From an uncultured bacterium (lineage in GTDB: Bacteria; Oederibacteriota; Oederibacteriia; Oederibacteriales; Oederibacteriaceae), in the NCBI GenBank assembly GCA_965112635.1, contig OZ218778.1, positions 1,440,001 through 1,504,000 of the forward strand: 64,000 nucleotides of DNA, in the 5' to 3' direction. Positions 42,975 through 54,108 of this stretch are shown one piece after another. A program made the translations under genes and the position numbers. How positions within the stretch are numbered: the stretch's first letter is position 1; each line of letters begins with the position of its first letter. Below the pieces are notes generated by a model. It made no database searches. It was not told where the DNA came from and saw nothing but the letters and a program-made list of their open reading frames with translations.

Positions 42975-44463
42975 ATGGCTGAAAACAAAGGTATGAGGCT
43001 GGAAACCAGGCTGCAGCAGCGACTTATCCTGACGCCGATGATGCAGCAATCTCTTCAAATCTTGCAGTTGCCGGCCATGGAACTGGCGGAATATATCCAG
43101 GAGCAGATCACCGATAACCCTGTCTTGGAAACTGTGGAAGAAAAGGAAATAGAGGGCAGGGAGGACCGGGAGCGTGAAACTGCACAAGCACAGGATCCGG
43201 AAGAGTTCGTTCCATTAGCCGATTCCGAGAACGAGGTAGCCCAGGAGATCCGGCTGGACCAAACTTCACCCGGACAAGGGGTCAAGCTGGAAGAGTGGAG
43301 CCAGTATTTTGAAGAAACCAGCAGCGAGCCCTATTCTGAAAGCCGGGAGACCAGCAAGAGGAAGTTTTTTGAGAACACGATCACGGTCCAACCCACTTTG
43401 CAGGACCACCTTTTATGGCAGCTGCAACTTTTCTGCCGAACTGACGAGGAATTCGGGATCGGCGAGGAGCTGATCGGGAACATCAATGAGGACGGCTACT
43501 TGCAGGGTGTTGATCTGGAGGGAGTTGCCGCGTCTTTGGAGGTCGGCCTGGAAGCTGTCCAGGGTGTGTTGAAGTTGATACAGGGTTTTGAACCTACAGG
43601 CGTGGGAGCCAGGGACCTCAAGGAGTCCCTACTCATCCAGCTGGAAGCCAAGGGTTTAAAAGATTCTCCTGCCTATATGATTGTGGAAAATCATTTGGAA
43701 AGGTTCGAGAAGAAACATCTTGCCGAAATAAAGAAACAACTGAGTCTGTCAGAAATCCAGATGCAGGAGGCCTCCCACCTCATCAGTTCTTTAGAGCCCA
43801 AACCAGGCCTGGAGTTCGGCAAAGAGGTCCCCAAGTACGTGGTCCCGGATGTTCTAGTTGAAGAAATAAACGGAGAATTAAAGGTTTTTATCAATCAGGC
43901 AGGGGTCCCGCGGCTGAGATTGAGCCGGGCATACCGGAACCTTTTGCGGAAACAGGTCTTTGCGGACCCGGAAGAAAAGAAATACCTCGAACAAAAAGTC
44001 CAGGCGGCCATTTGGCTCATCAGGAACCTGGACCAACGCCAGCGGACGATCCATCGGGTCGCCGAAGCGTTAGTTTCGGCGCAGAGGGATTTTTTTAGAG
44101 AGGGCGTGGATTTTTTAAAGCCGCTTACCTTGAAGCAGATCGCGGCCGAACTGGGCCTGCATGAATCCACTCTCAGCAGGGTTTCCGTTAACAAGTATCT
44201 GCAATGTCAGCCATGGGGTTTTTGAGCTCAAGTACTTTTTTACAAGCGGCATCAAGACCATGACGGGCGGATTGGCCTCTTCCTCCAGCATCAAAGCTTT
44301 GATCAAGGGGTTGATCTCGGAAGAACCTCATGACAAACCTTTGAGTGACCAGATGATTACTCAGATCTTGAGGGAGCAGGGTTACGAGATCGCCAGGAGG
44401 ACGGTCAGCAAATACAGGGAAGAGTCCCAGATCCCGCCAGCGCACCAGCGGAAAAAGGGTTGA
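42975..44463 (+). CDS. rpoN: Sigma-54 factor, split by a +1 frameshift near 44208 (sequencing error or pseudogene)
   Basis: 'LILTPMMQQSLQILQL', 'LHESTLSR' in one frame; 'FELKYFF' and RpoN box 'ARRTVSKYRE' in the +1 frame. Confidence 0.93.
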
Positions 44464-44546
44464 GAGGCTGGGTTTGTATTTTTCTTAAGCGTTGACAGGA
44501 TAAATATCCCTGAATTATAATCATAGCGATCCAAAAAGGGAGTTTA

Positions 44547-44939
44547 ATGAAGATTCTAATCACAGGAAGACACTTTGAGATTACTCCTGCCTTGAGGGAA
44601 CACGTATGTCAGAAAGTCGAAAAGGCGAAGGAGTTTTTCCCCACCCTGAACCGTGTCCATGCTATTTTATGCGTTGAAAAATTTCGCCATAATGCCGAGG
44701 TCGTCATGTCCGGCAATGGCGTCAAGGTGAGCGGAGCGGCGACCAGCAAAAATATGTATACTTCCATCGACCAGGTCATGGAAAAGATCAAGCGGCAGGT
44801 CAAAGAAAGCCATAAAAAGAAAGTTACCATGAAATCGCGCCACCGGTTCTCGGTTTCCCTGCCAGGAGGTAGTTCGGCGGAGAGCGGGCTTACCTCTCTG
44901 GAATTAAGGCTGGATTCCAAGCCGGTCATAGCCAGATAA
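44547..44939 (+). CDS. hpf: Ribosome hibernation factor HPF/RaiA
   Basis: 'ITGRHFEITPALREHV', 'MYTSID...KIKRQV'; follows rpoN. Confidence 0.9.
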   Translation: MKILITGRHFEITPALREHVCQKVEKAKEFFPTLNRVHAILCVEKFRHNAEVVMSGNGVKVSGAATSKNMYTSIDQVMEKIKRQVKESHKKKVTMKSRHRFSVSLPGGSSAESGLTSLELRLDSKPVIAR

Positions 44940-44958
44940 ATATTCGGAGGTTTGCGCC

Positions 44959-45420
44959 ATGAAAATAATGGATTTTTTGGTTCCCCAGGCCATCCAGGTC
45001 CAGGTTAAATCCAAGACCAAAAAAGAAGTCATTGAAGAGCTGGCCAACCTTTTATATAAAGCCGGCAAGATCACGGATTTAAAGAAAGTAGTGCAGGTTT
45101 TGATGGACCGGGAGGAGCTCGGCTCTACAGGCATCGGACAGGGGATCGCCATTCCTCACGGTAAATCCGACAGCGTCAAGGACCTGGTCGCAGCGTTCGG
45201 GTTTTCCAAAACCGGCATCAGTTTCGACGCGCTCGACGGAGCTCCCGTGCACCTGATCTTCCTTCTGGTCGCTCCCGAAGCCCAGGCCGGCGCCCACTTA
45301 AAGGCATTGGCCTGCATTTCCAGTTTTCTCAAGGACAAATATTTCCGCAACGCCCTTCTACAGTCCGCCACCCCCGAGGACGTGATCAAGGTCATCGAAG
45401 AAGAACAGAAAAGACATTAG
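44959..45420 (+). CDS. ptsN: PTS EIIA (Ntr/fructose-type)
   Basis: 'REELGSTGIGQGIAIPH', 'FDALDG', 'HLKALA'. Confidence 0.9.
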   Translation: MKIMDFLVPQAIQVQVKSKTKKEVIEELANLLYKAGKITDLKKVVQVLMDREELGSTGIGQGIAIPHGKSDSVKDLVAAFGFSKTGISFDALDGAPVHLIFLLVAPEAQAGAHLKALACISSFLKDKYFRNALLQSATPEDVIKVIEEEQKRH

Positions 45421-45425
45421 ACCGT

Positions 45426-46394
45426 ATGACCTCCCTCAGTGTTCAAGAGCTCTATAATGAGAAGAAGGAAGAGCTAAAACTCAAAATCCTGTGCGGTGAG
45501 TCCAGCTGCAAGGCGAGGAAGATCCCTGTCGCGGACGTCAACAGGCCCGGCCTCGCCATCGCCGGATTTTTCGACTATTTCGCCCACGAGCGGGTCCAAG
45601 TCCTCGGCCTGACCGAGATCACCTACATCAACCAGATCCCTAGCCCGCAACGAAAAAAACTATTCCAGAAGATCTTTTCTTACAAGATCCCCTGTTTTAT
45701 CGTGACCCGCAATATCTCGGTTCCCAAGGATTTTCTGGAAGTCGCCCGGCAAAGCAAGACACCCGTCCTGAGCACCGAGTTGATGACCACCAAATTTATC
45801 ATGGACCTGATCCTGCATCTAGAGGACAAGCTGGCCCCGGAAACCAGCGTGCATGGCGTGCTGGTGGATGTTTACGGCATTGGCGTACTGGTCCTCGGTA
45901 AAAGCGGTCTGGGAAAGAGCGAATGCGCCCTGGATCTGATCATGCGTGGGCACCGACTCGTTGCGGATGATGTGGTGGATATCAAACGCACCACTGAAAA
46001 GACCCTGATGGGGAGCGGCCCGGAGATCATCAAGTACCACATGGAGATCCGGGGCGTGGGGATCATCGATATCAAGAGCCTTTTTGGGACCCGGGCGGTC
46101 CGCGAGAAGATCCGCATCGAGCTAGTGGTTATGATCGAGGAGTGGGACGAGAAAAAACAGTACGACCGCCTGGGCCTGGAACAGCAGACCACCACATTCC
46201 TGGGCGAAACCCTGCCCCAGATCGTCCTTCCCATCCGGCCCGGCCGAAACATCGCTATTCTGGTCGAGATCGCCGCCATGAACGAGCGGCTCAAGAAGCT
46301 AGGCCACTTTACCGCCAGAGAGTTCAACCTCCGTCTGCTGGAACGCCTGCAGCGAGAAAATAAACAAAAAGGTGGCCAGGAGAGCGCTGTTTGA
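45426..46394 (+). CDS. hprK: HPr(Ser) kinase/phosphorylase
   Basis: 'RPGLA', 'GKSGLGKSECAL', 'HRLVADD', 'EIRGVGII'. Confidence 0.97.
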   Translation: MTSLSVQELYNEKKEELKLKILCGESSCKARKIPVADVNRPGLAIAGFFDYFAHERVQVLGLTEITYINQIPSPQRKKLFQKIFSYKIPCFIVTRNISVPKDFLEVARQSKTPVLSTELMTTKFIMDLILHLEDKLAPETSVHGVLVDVYGIGVLVLGKSGLGKSECALDLIMRGHRLVADDVVDIKRTTEKTLMGSGPEIIKYHMEIRGVGIIDIKSLFGTRAVREKIRIELVVMIEEWDEKKQYDRLGLEQQTTTFLGETLPQIVLPIRPGRNIAILVEIAAMNERLKKLGHFTAREFNLRLLERLQRENKQKGGQESAV

Positions 46395-47882
46395 AACGGT
46401 GGATGATCCGCGCCGGTTTAGGGTTGCTGCTCCTGACCCTGATCCGGCTTCTCTGTTTGAGGTCCCTAGCCCTTTTACCCGACGAAGCCTATTATTGGAC
46501 CTGGTCCCAGCATCTTGCTCTCAGCTATTATGACCATCCTCCGATGACCGCTTATCTTATCCGTTTCTTCGAACCTCTGGGAAGCTTCTGGAACCACCTT
46601 TCCGGCCTACCCGGGGATTTTCCCAGCGAATGGCCGGTCAGGGCCGCTTCCTTGCTGTTGTCCAGCCTGGCCACGCTCGTGATGATGGGGCTGAGCTGGA
46701 AGTTCAAACCGAGGACCAGTTCCATCTCCCTGGTCTTTTTCCTTTCCCAGTTCGTCCTGATCTTTGCTATCGGCGGGTTGATCATGACGCCGGACACGCC
46801 CATGATGTTCTTTTGGGTCTGTTCCCTGTACGCCTTATGGCAAGCCACGCATGCTTCGCCGAAGTGGTGGGGGGTCCTGGGATTCAGCCATGGGGCTGGG
46901 TTTTTTGTCCAAATACACCATGGCCTTTTTCCTCCTGGGTGCGGCCTTTTATCTACTGGCTTTTGGCAAAGGTAGGAAATGGCTGGCCACCAAAGGGCCG
47001 TATCTGTCTCTGGGAATATGCCTGGTCATTTTTCTGCCGGTCCTCTGGTGGAACCAAAGCAACCAGTGGATCTCCTTTCTCTACCAGTGGCGGCACGGCA
47101 CGGAAGCCGACCCCAACGCCGGGTGGAAGACCTTTGCTAATTTCCTCGGCGGACAGGCAGGCGTCATCACCCCGTTCGTTTTTCTTGCCCTGATTTTTTG
47201 CCTTATCCAGAACCTAAGGACCTATCTCAAAAAGCCCGAAGACAAGAACAGTTTTATCCTCAGTTTCAGCCTGCCTCTTCTAGCCTTTTTTAGCTTTACC
47301 AGTTTCAGGGGCAGGGTGGAAGCCAACTGGCCGGTATGCGCTTACCCCGTCCTGTTGATCGCGCTAGCCGATTCCTGGGGTACCCTCTGGTCCAAAGGCA
47401 ACGCTTTTCGGGGCAAAAGAACTTGGGCGTATTTAGTGCTGGGTTCGGCAATGGTGCTGACCATCTTAGTCCACTGGCTTGTCCTGGCCCCGCCGGAATG
47501 GCTTTCCCCGGAAAATCCAGTTCTAAAAAGACACTATGGCTGGAGGGAACTGGGGCAGGAAACCGGTCGATTGATTCAGCAGGACCCTTCTTTCGTTTTG
47601 GCGGCTGAAAGTTACCAAATCGGCAGCGAACTTTTATTTTATTCCCGCACCAAGCAACTGTTATTTTTGGGGGGATTGCCGGCGGTGCACCCCATCTTTG
47701 ATTGGCAACCGAAAACCTCATGGGTCGGCAAGGACGCCCTGCTGGTCATAGAAGGAGAACCTCCTTTTTGGGTCACTTCGCGGTTCGCGAAGATCCAGAA
47801 AAGTTTAGACCTCACTATTTTTAAAGGAAACAAAAAGGTCAGGGTTTTTTCTTTCTTCAGATGTTATAATTTCAAAGGTTAA
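46391..47882 (+). CDS. GT-C glycosyltransferase family 39/ArnT-like, split by a +1 frameshift near 46885
   Basis: 'DEAYYWTWS..LALSYYDHPP', 'TPDTP' in the first frame; 'GLGFLSKYT', 'EANW' in the next frame. Confidence 0.85.
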
Positions 47883-47932
47883 GCACTTCGTTCCATCTTT
47901 TCTAGGCCTAACAGATGACGTGAGGGAGAGCG

Positions 47933-49207
47933 ATGTCTTTTTTTAAGATCTATCCGGGGATGCGGATGAAACGCTGGATCTTTCTCTTGATCCTAAGCGC
48001 GATCGTGCTGGCCATTGCCATGCGGGGATGCGCCGGCATTACGCTGAAGGAATTCAAGCTGGTCATAATTCCGGAAGCGTTCATGATGGATGTAGCCCAC
48101 CGGGTCCAGAGCTGGCGTTTCGTGGACTTTTTGCTCTTGATCCTAGGTCTGTGGGGGCTTTACCTGGCCATCGGGAGGATCATCCGCAATACCCAGATCT
48201 ATTATGCCCCGGAAAAGGATGATCGGGCCCTACCCTCTTTCCTGCGCAGGAATCAACTGCGCAAGGGACCCCGCATCGTAGCCTTCGGGGGCGGCACGGG
48301 ATTGCCGGCCCTTTTGCACGGACTGAAAGAATTTACCAGCAACATCACGGCCATTGTGACCGTGATGGACGACGGGGGGAGTTCGGGTCGCCTGAGGCGG
48401 GAGATGCACGTCCTGCCACCGGGGGATATCCGCAACTGCCTAGTGGCCCTGGCCGACGTCGAACCGTTGATGTCGGAGCTTTTCCAGCATCGCTTTAAAG
48501 GCAAGTCCGCTTTGACCGGCCACAGTTTTGGTAACCTCCTTATCGCGGCCTTATCCGATGTGACGGGTGATTTTGGACAGGCGGTCAAAGAATCCAGTAA
48601 GATCCTGGCCATCCGCGGCCAAGTCCTGCCGGTAACCCTGGAAAACGTCTCCCTACACGCCAGGCTAGTAGGCGGCAAGCTGGTCAAAGGCGAATCCAGT
48701 ATCACCAACTGGAAAGCCAAGGTGGACCGGGTGTTCTTAAAACCGGATAACTGCAAGCCCAGCCCGGAAGCCCTGGAAGCCATTTCCAAAGCCCAGGCCA
48801 TCATCATGGGGCCGGGCAGCCTCTACACCAGCATCCTACCCAATCTTTTAGTGCCAGGCATTGCCGACGCCATTGCCAGGGCCAGTGCCGTGAAGATCTA
48901 TGTGTGCAATATCATGACCCAGCCAGGCGAAACGACAGGGTATTCGGCCAGCGAACACGTGAGGAAAATCATCGAGCACACAGGGCGCAAGCTGATGGAT
49001 TACGTTGTGGTGAACTCAGAAAAGATCCCTGAGGCACTGCTTAAAAAGTACGCGTTGGATGGAGCCTATCCCGTTGACGAGACCGAAAGTGAACTGAAAA
49101 AACTAGGTGTATCCGTGATCAAGGCAAAGGTCCTGGCCGAAGGGGATTATGTCCGGCACGATCCTTTAAAGCTCGGCAGGACCATCATGAAGCAGGTCAT
49201 TATTTAA
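47933..49207 (+). CDS. yvcK: YvcK/GlmR-family protein with N-terminal TM segments
   Basis: 'GGGTGL', 'DDGGSSG', 'PGDIRNC', 'GPGSLYTS', 'RHD'. Confidence 0.93.
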   Translation: MSFFKIYPGMRMKRWIFLLILSAIVLAIAMRGCAGITLKEFKLVIIPEAFMMDVAHRVQSWRFVDFLLLILGLWGLYLAIGRIIRNTQIYYAPEKDDRALPSFLRRNQLRKGPRIVAFGGGTGLPALLHGLKEFTSNITAIVTVMDDGGSSGRLRREMHVLPPGDIRNCLVALADVEPLMSELFQHRFKGKSALTGHSFGNLLIAALSDVTGDFGQAVKESSKILAIRGQVLPVTLENVSLHARLVGGKLVKGESSITNWKAKVDRVFLKPDNCKPSPEALEAISKAQAIIMGPGSLYTSILPNLLVPGIADAIARASAVKIYVCNIMTQPGETTGYSASEHVRKIIEHTGRKLMDYVVVNSEKIPEALLKKYALDGAYPVDETESELKKLGVSVIKAKVLAEGDYVRHDPLKLGRTIMKQVII

Positions 49208-49266
49208 TTGCCGGTTAAGGAATTCTGCCAACCCAGGTTTTAGCACAAACCAAGAAGGAGCATGCG

Positions 49267-49650
49267 TTGATAGGTTTGATCGTGGTCAGTCACGGTAATT
49301 TTGGACTAGAACTTCTTAAGACGGCTGAGTTGATCCTGGGTCCACAAAAAAATGCGGTGGCGCTGGCATTCACCAGCCAGGACCGCAAAGAGGACCTGAT
49401 CAAGAGGATTCAGGAGAAGATTGAGTCGATAGCAGGGGACAAGGGGGTTTTGATCCTCGTGGACATGTTCGGGGCGAGCCCGCACCAAGCCAGCTTGCTG
49501 GCAGAAACGAAAAAGACTGTCAAGATCCTGACCGGGGTCAACCTCCCCATGATCATCGAGTTCTGCCTCAAGAGAGAGCAGTTGACACTTGATCCCCTGG
49601 TGCAGACCGTGATCCATGCCGGCCAGACCGGTATACGGGAAGGAGTCTAG
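49267..49650 (+). CDS. PTS mannose-family EIIA
   Basis: 'VVSHG', 'LVDMFGASP', 'GVNLPM'. Confidence 0.92.
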   Translation: MIGLIVVSHGNFGLELLKTAELILGPQKNAVALAFTSQDRKEDLIKRIQEKIESIAGDKGVLILVDMFGASPHQASLLAETKKTVKILTGVNLPMIIEFCLKREQLTLDPLVQTVIHAGQTGIREGV

Positions 49651-49652
49651 CG

Positions 49653-50165
49653 ATGGTCGTATTGGCCCGTATTGACGACCGGCTCATCCACGGTCAGGTC
49701 GTGGTCGGGTGGGTCAAGACCCTGGGGGCTGATCACCTGGTCATCGTGTCCGACGAGATAGCCCGCGACGATAAACAAAAGAAATTGTATGAAATGGTGG
49801 TGCCGTCCCATTTAAAAGTCTCTTTCCTGGATTTTGCGAATGCTGCGCAGTGGCTCAATTCGGTCTATTCTGAAAAGGACCGAGTCATCCTTTTGTTTTC
49901 GCGCCCGAGAGATGTCGTTTCATTGCTAAATAAAAAGTGCAAATTGTCCAAGGTCAACGTGGGCGGTATGCACTACGTGGTCGGCAAAAAAGAGATCTAT
50001 AAATCCGTGTTCGTGGACGATGAGGACGTCGACTGCCTGAAAGATATCGCCTCCAGGAAGATCGTCCTGGAAGCTCAGGCCGCGGCCAGCGACGAACCGG
50101 TCGATATCATCAAGCACTTGGGATGGCAAATCGAGCCCCAGACAGGACCCAAGAAACCCTCTTGA
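49653..50165 (+). CDS. PTS mannose-family EIIB
   Basis: 'RIDDRLIHGQV', 'VNVGGM'. Confidence 0.95.
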   Translation: MVVLARIDDRLIHGQVVVGWVKTLGADHLVIVSDEIARDDKQKKLYEMVVPSHLKVSFLDFANAAQWLNSVYSEKDRVILLFSRPRDVVSLLNKKCKLSKVNVGGMHYVVGKKEIYKSVFVDDEDVDCLKDIASRKIVLEAQAAASDEPVDIIKHLGWQIEPQTGPKKPS

Positions 50166-50216
50166 AATAAAAGAGGACGAGCTAGCCCGGGAACAGGGTG
50201 GGAAGGAAGAAGTTAT

Positions 50217-52385
50217 ATGGCCAAAACAGTCAATTTTCTTATGGGTGTCCATAACCATCAGCCCACTGGAAATTTCGATCATGTTTACAGGGAGGCTTTG
50301 AACCGCGCCTACCATCCTTTTTTTGAGATGCTGGACAGTTTTCCGGAACTCAAGATCACGGTCCATATGACCGGATGCCTTCTGGACTGGCTCAAAGCCA
50401 ATGAACCCACTCTTTTAAAGCTTCTAAAGAAAATGGTCATCCGCGGCCAGGTGGAAATGATGACCGGAGGTTACTATGAGCCCATCCTGGCGGTCATCCC
50501 GGACCACGATAAGGCCGGCCAGATACAAAAACTAACGCTCTTTTTAAAAGATGAATTGGGCGCTCAGGCTGTCGGGCTTTGGCTGGCCGAAAGGGTCTGG
50601 GAGCCCCATCTTCCTATGGTCCTCAACCAACTGGGTGTCGAATACACGGTCCTAGACGATTCCCATTTCAAAAGCTCCGGTCTACCCGTAGAAAAACTGG
50701 ACGGCTACTATATCACGGAAGAACAAGGGTATCCCCTAGCGGTTTTCCCCATCAGCGAAAAGCTGCGTTACATGATCCCTTTCAAGGAACCGGAGCAATC
50801 CCTGAGCTATTTTGGAGAAATGGCCACGGAAAAAGGGGATCGCGCCGCGATCCTGGCGGATGACGGTGAAAAGTTCGGTTCCTGGCCGGAAACCTACCAT
50901 TCGGTCTACGAGGAGAAGTGGCTGGAAAGATTTTTCCAGGCCCTGAGAAAAGAGAGTTCCTGGGTCAAGATGAGGACCTTTTCGGAATACCTCAGGGCAT
51001 ATCCGGCCCGGGGGAGGATTTATATCCCGACGGCTTCCTACACAGAGATGATGGAGTGGGTTCTGATGCCGGAAAGCCACGAAGTCTACGACCAGGCTAA
51101 AAAGATCCTGCGGCAGACGGGCAGCACGCAGTATGACGGGTATCTCAAAGGCGGTTTTTGGAGGAATTATTTCACCAAATACGAGGAAGCCAATCATTTG
51201 CATAAAAAAATGTTATGGGTGAGCCGACGCCTCGCGGAGGCCAAGGAAGGTCAGAACAGCCGGAACAAGGAGGTCCTCCAGCAGGCGCAGAACGAACTTT
51301 ATCAAGGACAGTGCAATTGCCCATATTGGCACGGCGTTTTCGGGGGATTGTATCTCAACCACCTCAGGTTCGCGGTTTACCACCACCTGATCCTCGCCGA
51401 ACAATTGTGGCAGCAGGCTGTGAATGGCAAGGAAAAGTTCTGCAAGGCAGAAGTCATGGACATGGACCTCAACGGCTTCAATGAGGTCATCCTGCGCAAT
51501 AACCTGGTCAGCTGTTATTTTGACCCGGCCTACGGCGGGTCTCTTTGGGAGTGGGATTATAAACCCAAGGGGGTCAACCTTACGGATGCCCTATCCAGAC
51601 ACCAGGAATCCTATCACGCCAAACTCAAGAATTTCGTGAAACAACAACACGATCCCCATCCGCAAGGCCAGGCCGCGAGCATCCATGACCTGGTCAGGGT
51701 CAAGGAACAGGGGCTGGAAAACCTGCTGCAGTACGACTGGTATCTGCGTCAATGTTTTTTGGACCATTTTCTGGGACAGGCGGCCACCCTTTCAGGTTGT
51801 AAAGCCTGCCAATACCCTGAGGAGGGGGATTTTGTCAACCAACCTTATGAGTTCAGGGTCCACGAGGAAATGGAAGGCATCCATTTGGTCTTGTCGAGGC
51901 AGGGGGGGATCTGGAGAGGTGGAAAACATTACCCCTGTTCGGTGGAAAAAGATATCCTTCTTCCGGGTCAAGAGGCCGGCCTGACGGCCAATTACACCCT
52001 GAAAAACACGGGTTCCGAGGACCTTATCTGCCGATTCGGAGTGGAATTCAATTTTAACCTGCTGGCTGGCAGGGCCGACGACAGGATTTTTTATATCCCC
52101 GGCAGGACGCTCAAGGAATCTTACTTAAACATCACCAGCGAAGAATTGGAGGTGCGGGAGGCAGGGCTCAAGGATGGATGGTTGGGTGTGGATATTTCCT
52201 TGGCTATGGACAAGCCGGCGGCCCTTTGGCGGTTTCCCATTGAGACCGTGTCGCAGTCTGAAGCAGGTTTTGAAAGGGTTTATCAGAGCACGGTCCTTTT
52301 GCCTCACTGGGAAATAAAGCTCAAGCCGGGCGAGACTTGGAAGGCCGTTTTTAAACTTGGCATCAAAGAGATCAATAAAGTCTAA
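50217..52385 (+). CDS. GH57 alpha-amylase/4-alpha-glucanotransferase
   Basis: 'HNHQP', 'GGYYEPIL', 'WLAERVWEP', 'DDGEKFG', 'YWHGVFGGLYL'. Confidence 0.95.
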   Translation: MAKTVNFLMGVHNHQPTGNFDHVYREALNRAYHPFFEMLDSFPELKITVHMTGCLLDWLKANEPTLLKLLKKMVIRGQVEMMTGGYYEPILAVIPDHDKAGQIQKLTLFLKDELGAQAVGLWLAERVWEPHLPMVLNQLGVEYTVLDDSHFKSSGLPVEKLDGYYITEEQGYPLAVFPISEKLRYMIPFKEPEQSLSYFGEMATEKGDRAAILADDGEKFGSWPETYHSVYEEKWLERFFQALRKESSWVKMRTFSEYLRAYPARGRIYIPTASYTEMMEWVLMPESHEVYDQAKKILRQTGSTQYDGYLKGGFWRNYFTKYEEANHLHKKMLWVSRRLAEAKEGQNSRNKEVLQQAQNELYQGQCNCPYWHGVFGGLYLNHLRFAVYHHLILAEQLWQQAVNGKEKFCKAEVMDMDLNGFNEVILRNNLVSCYFDPAYGGSLWEWDYKPKGVNLTDALSRHQESYHAKLKNFVKQQHDPHPQGQAASIHDLVRVKEQGLENLLQYDWYLRQCFLDHFLGQAATLSGCKACQYPEEGDFVNQPYEFRVHEEMEGIHLVLSRQGGIWRGGKHYPCSVEKDILLPGQEAGLTANYTLKNTGSEDLICRFGVEFNFNLLAGRADDRIFYIPGRTLKESYLNITSEELEVREAGLKDGWLGVDISLAMDKPAALWRFPIETVSQSEAGFERVYQSTVLLPHWEIKLKPGETWKAVFKLGIKEINKV

Positions 52386-52443
52386 GTCGTTACGGGAAAG
52401 CGCCTCGTTTTTGGCGCTCAATTAATTTGCGGAGGTCAGTAAC

Positions 52444-53232
52444 ATTTTTCTACTAGAAATTATTGTGATCGCGGTCGTAGGCGGATTGATCAGCCTTGAT
52501 GAAACCACTATAGGCCGCTTCATGATCTCCATGCCTTTGGTCACCAGCCCCTTGATCGGCTGGATCCTGGGAGAGCCAGCGATCGGCCTGTCGGTGGGGT
52601 TTTTGTGGCAGCTGGTCTGGATCAATTATTTGCCGGTGGGGGTCAATACTCCTCCCAGTTATGTCATGATGGGCGTGCTGGCACCGGCTTTTGCCACTTT
52701 TTTCTTCCATCAGATTGATGTACCTTATGAGGCCGCCGTGATCTTCGGTATCCTCGTTACCCTGCCCCTGGTCTTTCTCAATGGGCTTTTGGACGCCCAT
52801 TTGAAAGAGAAGAATCATATTTTTGTGCGTATGGCCGAGGCCGGGGTGGCCAAGGACAGACCGAGCATGATCTCCTGGGCCATCTGGCTCAATGTGACGA
52901 TGGTGCTGGTCAAGAACGCCCTGATCTATTTCATTGCACTGGGCTGCCTGACTTCGGTGGCCACGAATGTTCTGAAATACTTACCGGATCATTTTATCCA
53001 GGGTATGAAATTTTCTTTTTACCTGGTCCCCGGAATAGGGCTGGCGACCGTATTTGACCTTTTTAAAAGCAAAGAAAACCAGAGTTACTTTTTGACCGCC
53101 TTGGTCATCTCGCTGTTTTTGATCTGGCTTTTTCACGTGGCGGTATCCACTTTACTGACCATTTCCATTTTATGCGGTTTTTTGCTGGGATTGATGCGAT
53201 ATATTTTGGCCTGGCGGACCATCAAAACATGA
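52444..53232 (+). CDS. PTS mannose-family EIIC (start ATT 52444 or GTG 52465)
   Basis: 'LD...MISMPLV', multi-TM, directly before EIID. Confidence 0.8.
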   Translation: MFLLEIIVIAVVGGLISLDETTIGRFMISMPLVTSPLIGWILGEPAIGLSVGFLWQLVWINYLPVGVNTPPSYVMMGVLAPAFATFFFHQIDVPYEAAVIFGILVTLPLVFLNGLLDAHLKEKNHIFVRMAEAGVAKDRPSMISWAIWLNVTMVLVKNALIYFIALGCLTSVATNVLKYLPDHFIQGMKFSFYLVPGIGLATVFDLFKSKENQSYFLTALVISLFLIWLFHVAVSTLLTISILCGFLLGLMRYILAWRTIKT

Positions 53233-53243
53233 AAGGTTGAGCC

Positions 53244-54038
53244 ATGGAACAGCACGGCTTGGAAAGAAACGACATTTTAAAAATATTTTTCAGGTCATTT
53301 CTGCTGGATGCCACGGAGAATTACGAGACCATGAAGAGCGTGGGGTTCAGTTTTGTGATGATGCCGGCCATCAAAAAACTGTATGGCAAAGCCGAAGAAG
53401 TGCGGGAATGCCTAAAGGGCAGCCTAGGTTATTTCAATGTCAATCCCTACTTTGCGGCTCCGCTTATCGGGGTATTGACCCGTCTCGTGGAAAGCAAGGC
53501 CACGGACGGTTCGGTGAGCCGGGACAGGATCGAGACGGTCAAAAGGAATTTCATGGGGCCTTTGGCGGCTATTGGGGACGCCTTTTTCTGGGCAAGCCTC
53601 AGGCCGCTGGCCGCCCTTATCGGGGTGGCGACGGTCTTGTACCACAGGAACAGCTGGCCCCATGGGTTGTGGGGGCTGGTTTTTTTTCTTGTTATCTATA
53701 ATATTCCACACCTGGCGTTCCGTTACTGGGGCCTGCAGGACGGGTATAAGCATGGAGAAAACATGATCGATTCTTTCCGGGCGATCAATTTCCAGGTGAT
53801 TATCGAGGAATTAAGACTTTGCGGAATGATCTTCTTGGGTGCTTACCTGCCCGCGTGGTTTTTCGTGGTCCAGAATAAGGATCTTATGCTTTTGGCGCCG
53901 CTTCCCCTATTAAAATTGGTATGTTTTGGGGTGGCTTTGTTGTGCTGGAGGTCCAAATTTACCCCGACCCAGTATTTTTGCCTGGTCGTCGCGGCCTGTA
54001 TCCTGGCCGCTTACCTGGGGTTATTGCCCCCTTTATAG
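53244..54038 (+). CDS. PTS mannose-family EIID
   Basis: 'NYETM..VGF', 'YFN.NP', 'MGPLAAIGDAFFW'. Confidence 0.92.
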   Translation: MEQHGLERNDILKIFFRSFLLDATENYETMKSVGFSFVMMPAIKKLYGKAEEVRECLKGSLGYFNVNPYFAAPLIGVLTRLVESKATDGSVSRDRIETVKRNFMGPLAAIGDAFFWASLRPLAALIGVATVLYHRNSWPHGLWGLVFFLVIYNIPHLAFRYWGLQDGYKHGENMIDSFRAINFQVIIEELRLCGMIFLGAYLPAWFFVVQNKDLMLLAPLPLLKLVCFGVALLCWRSKFTPTQYFCLVVAACILAAYLGLLPPL

Positions 54039-54108
54039 GGCAAGGTCATTGGCAACAAATGGGTCATAAAGTCGTATAATGAAAAATTAATAGAGAAAGG
54101 GAGCCAAA

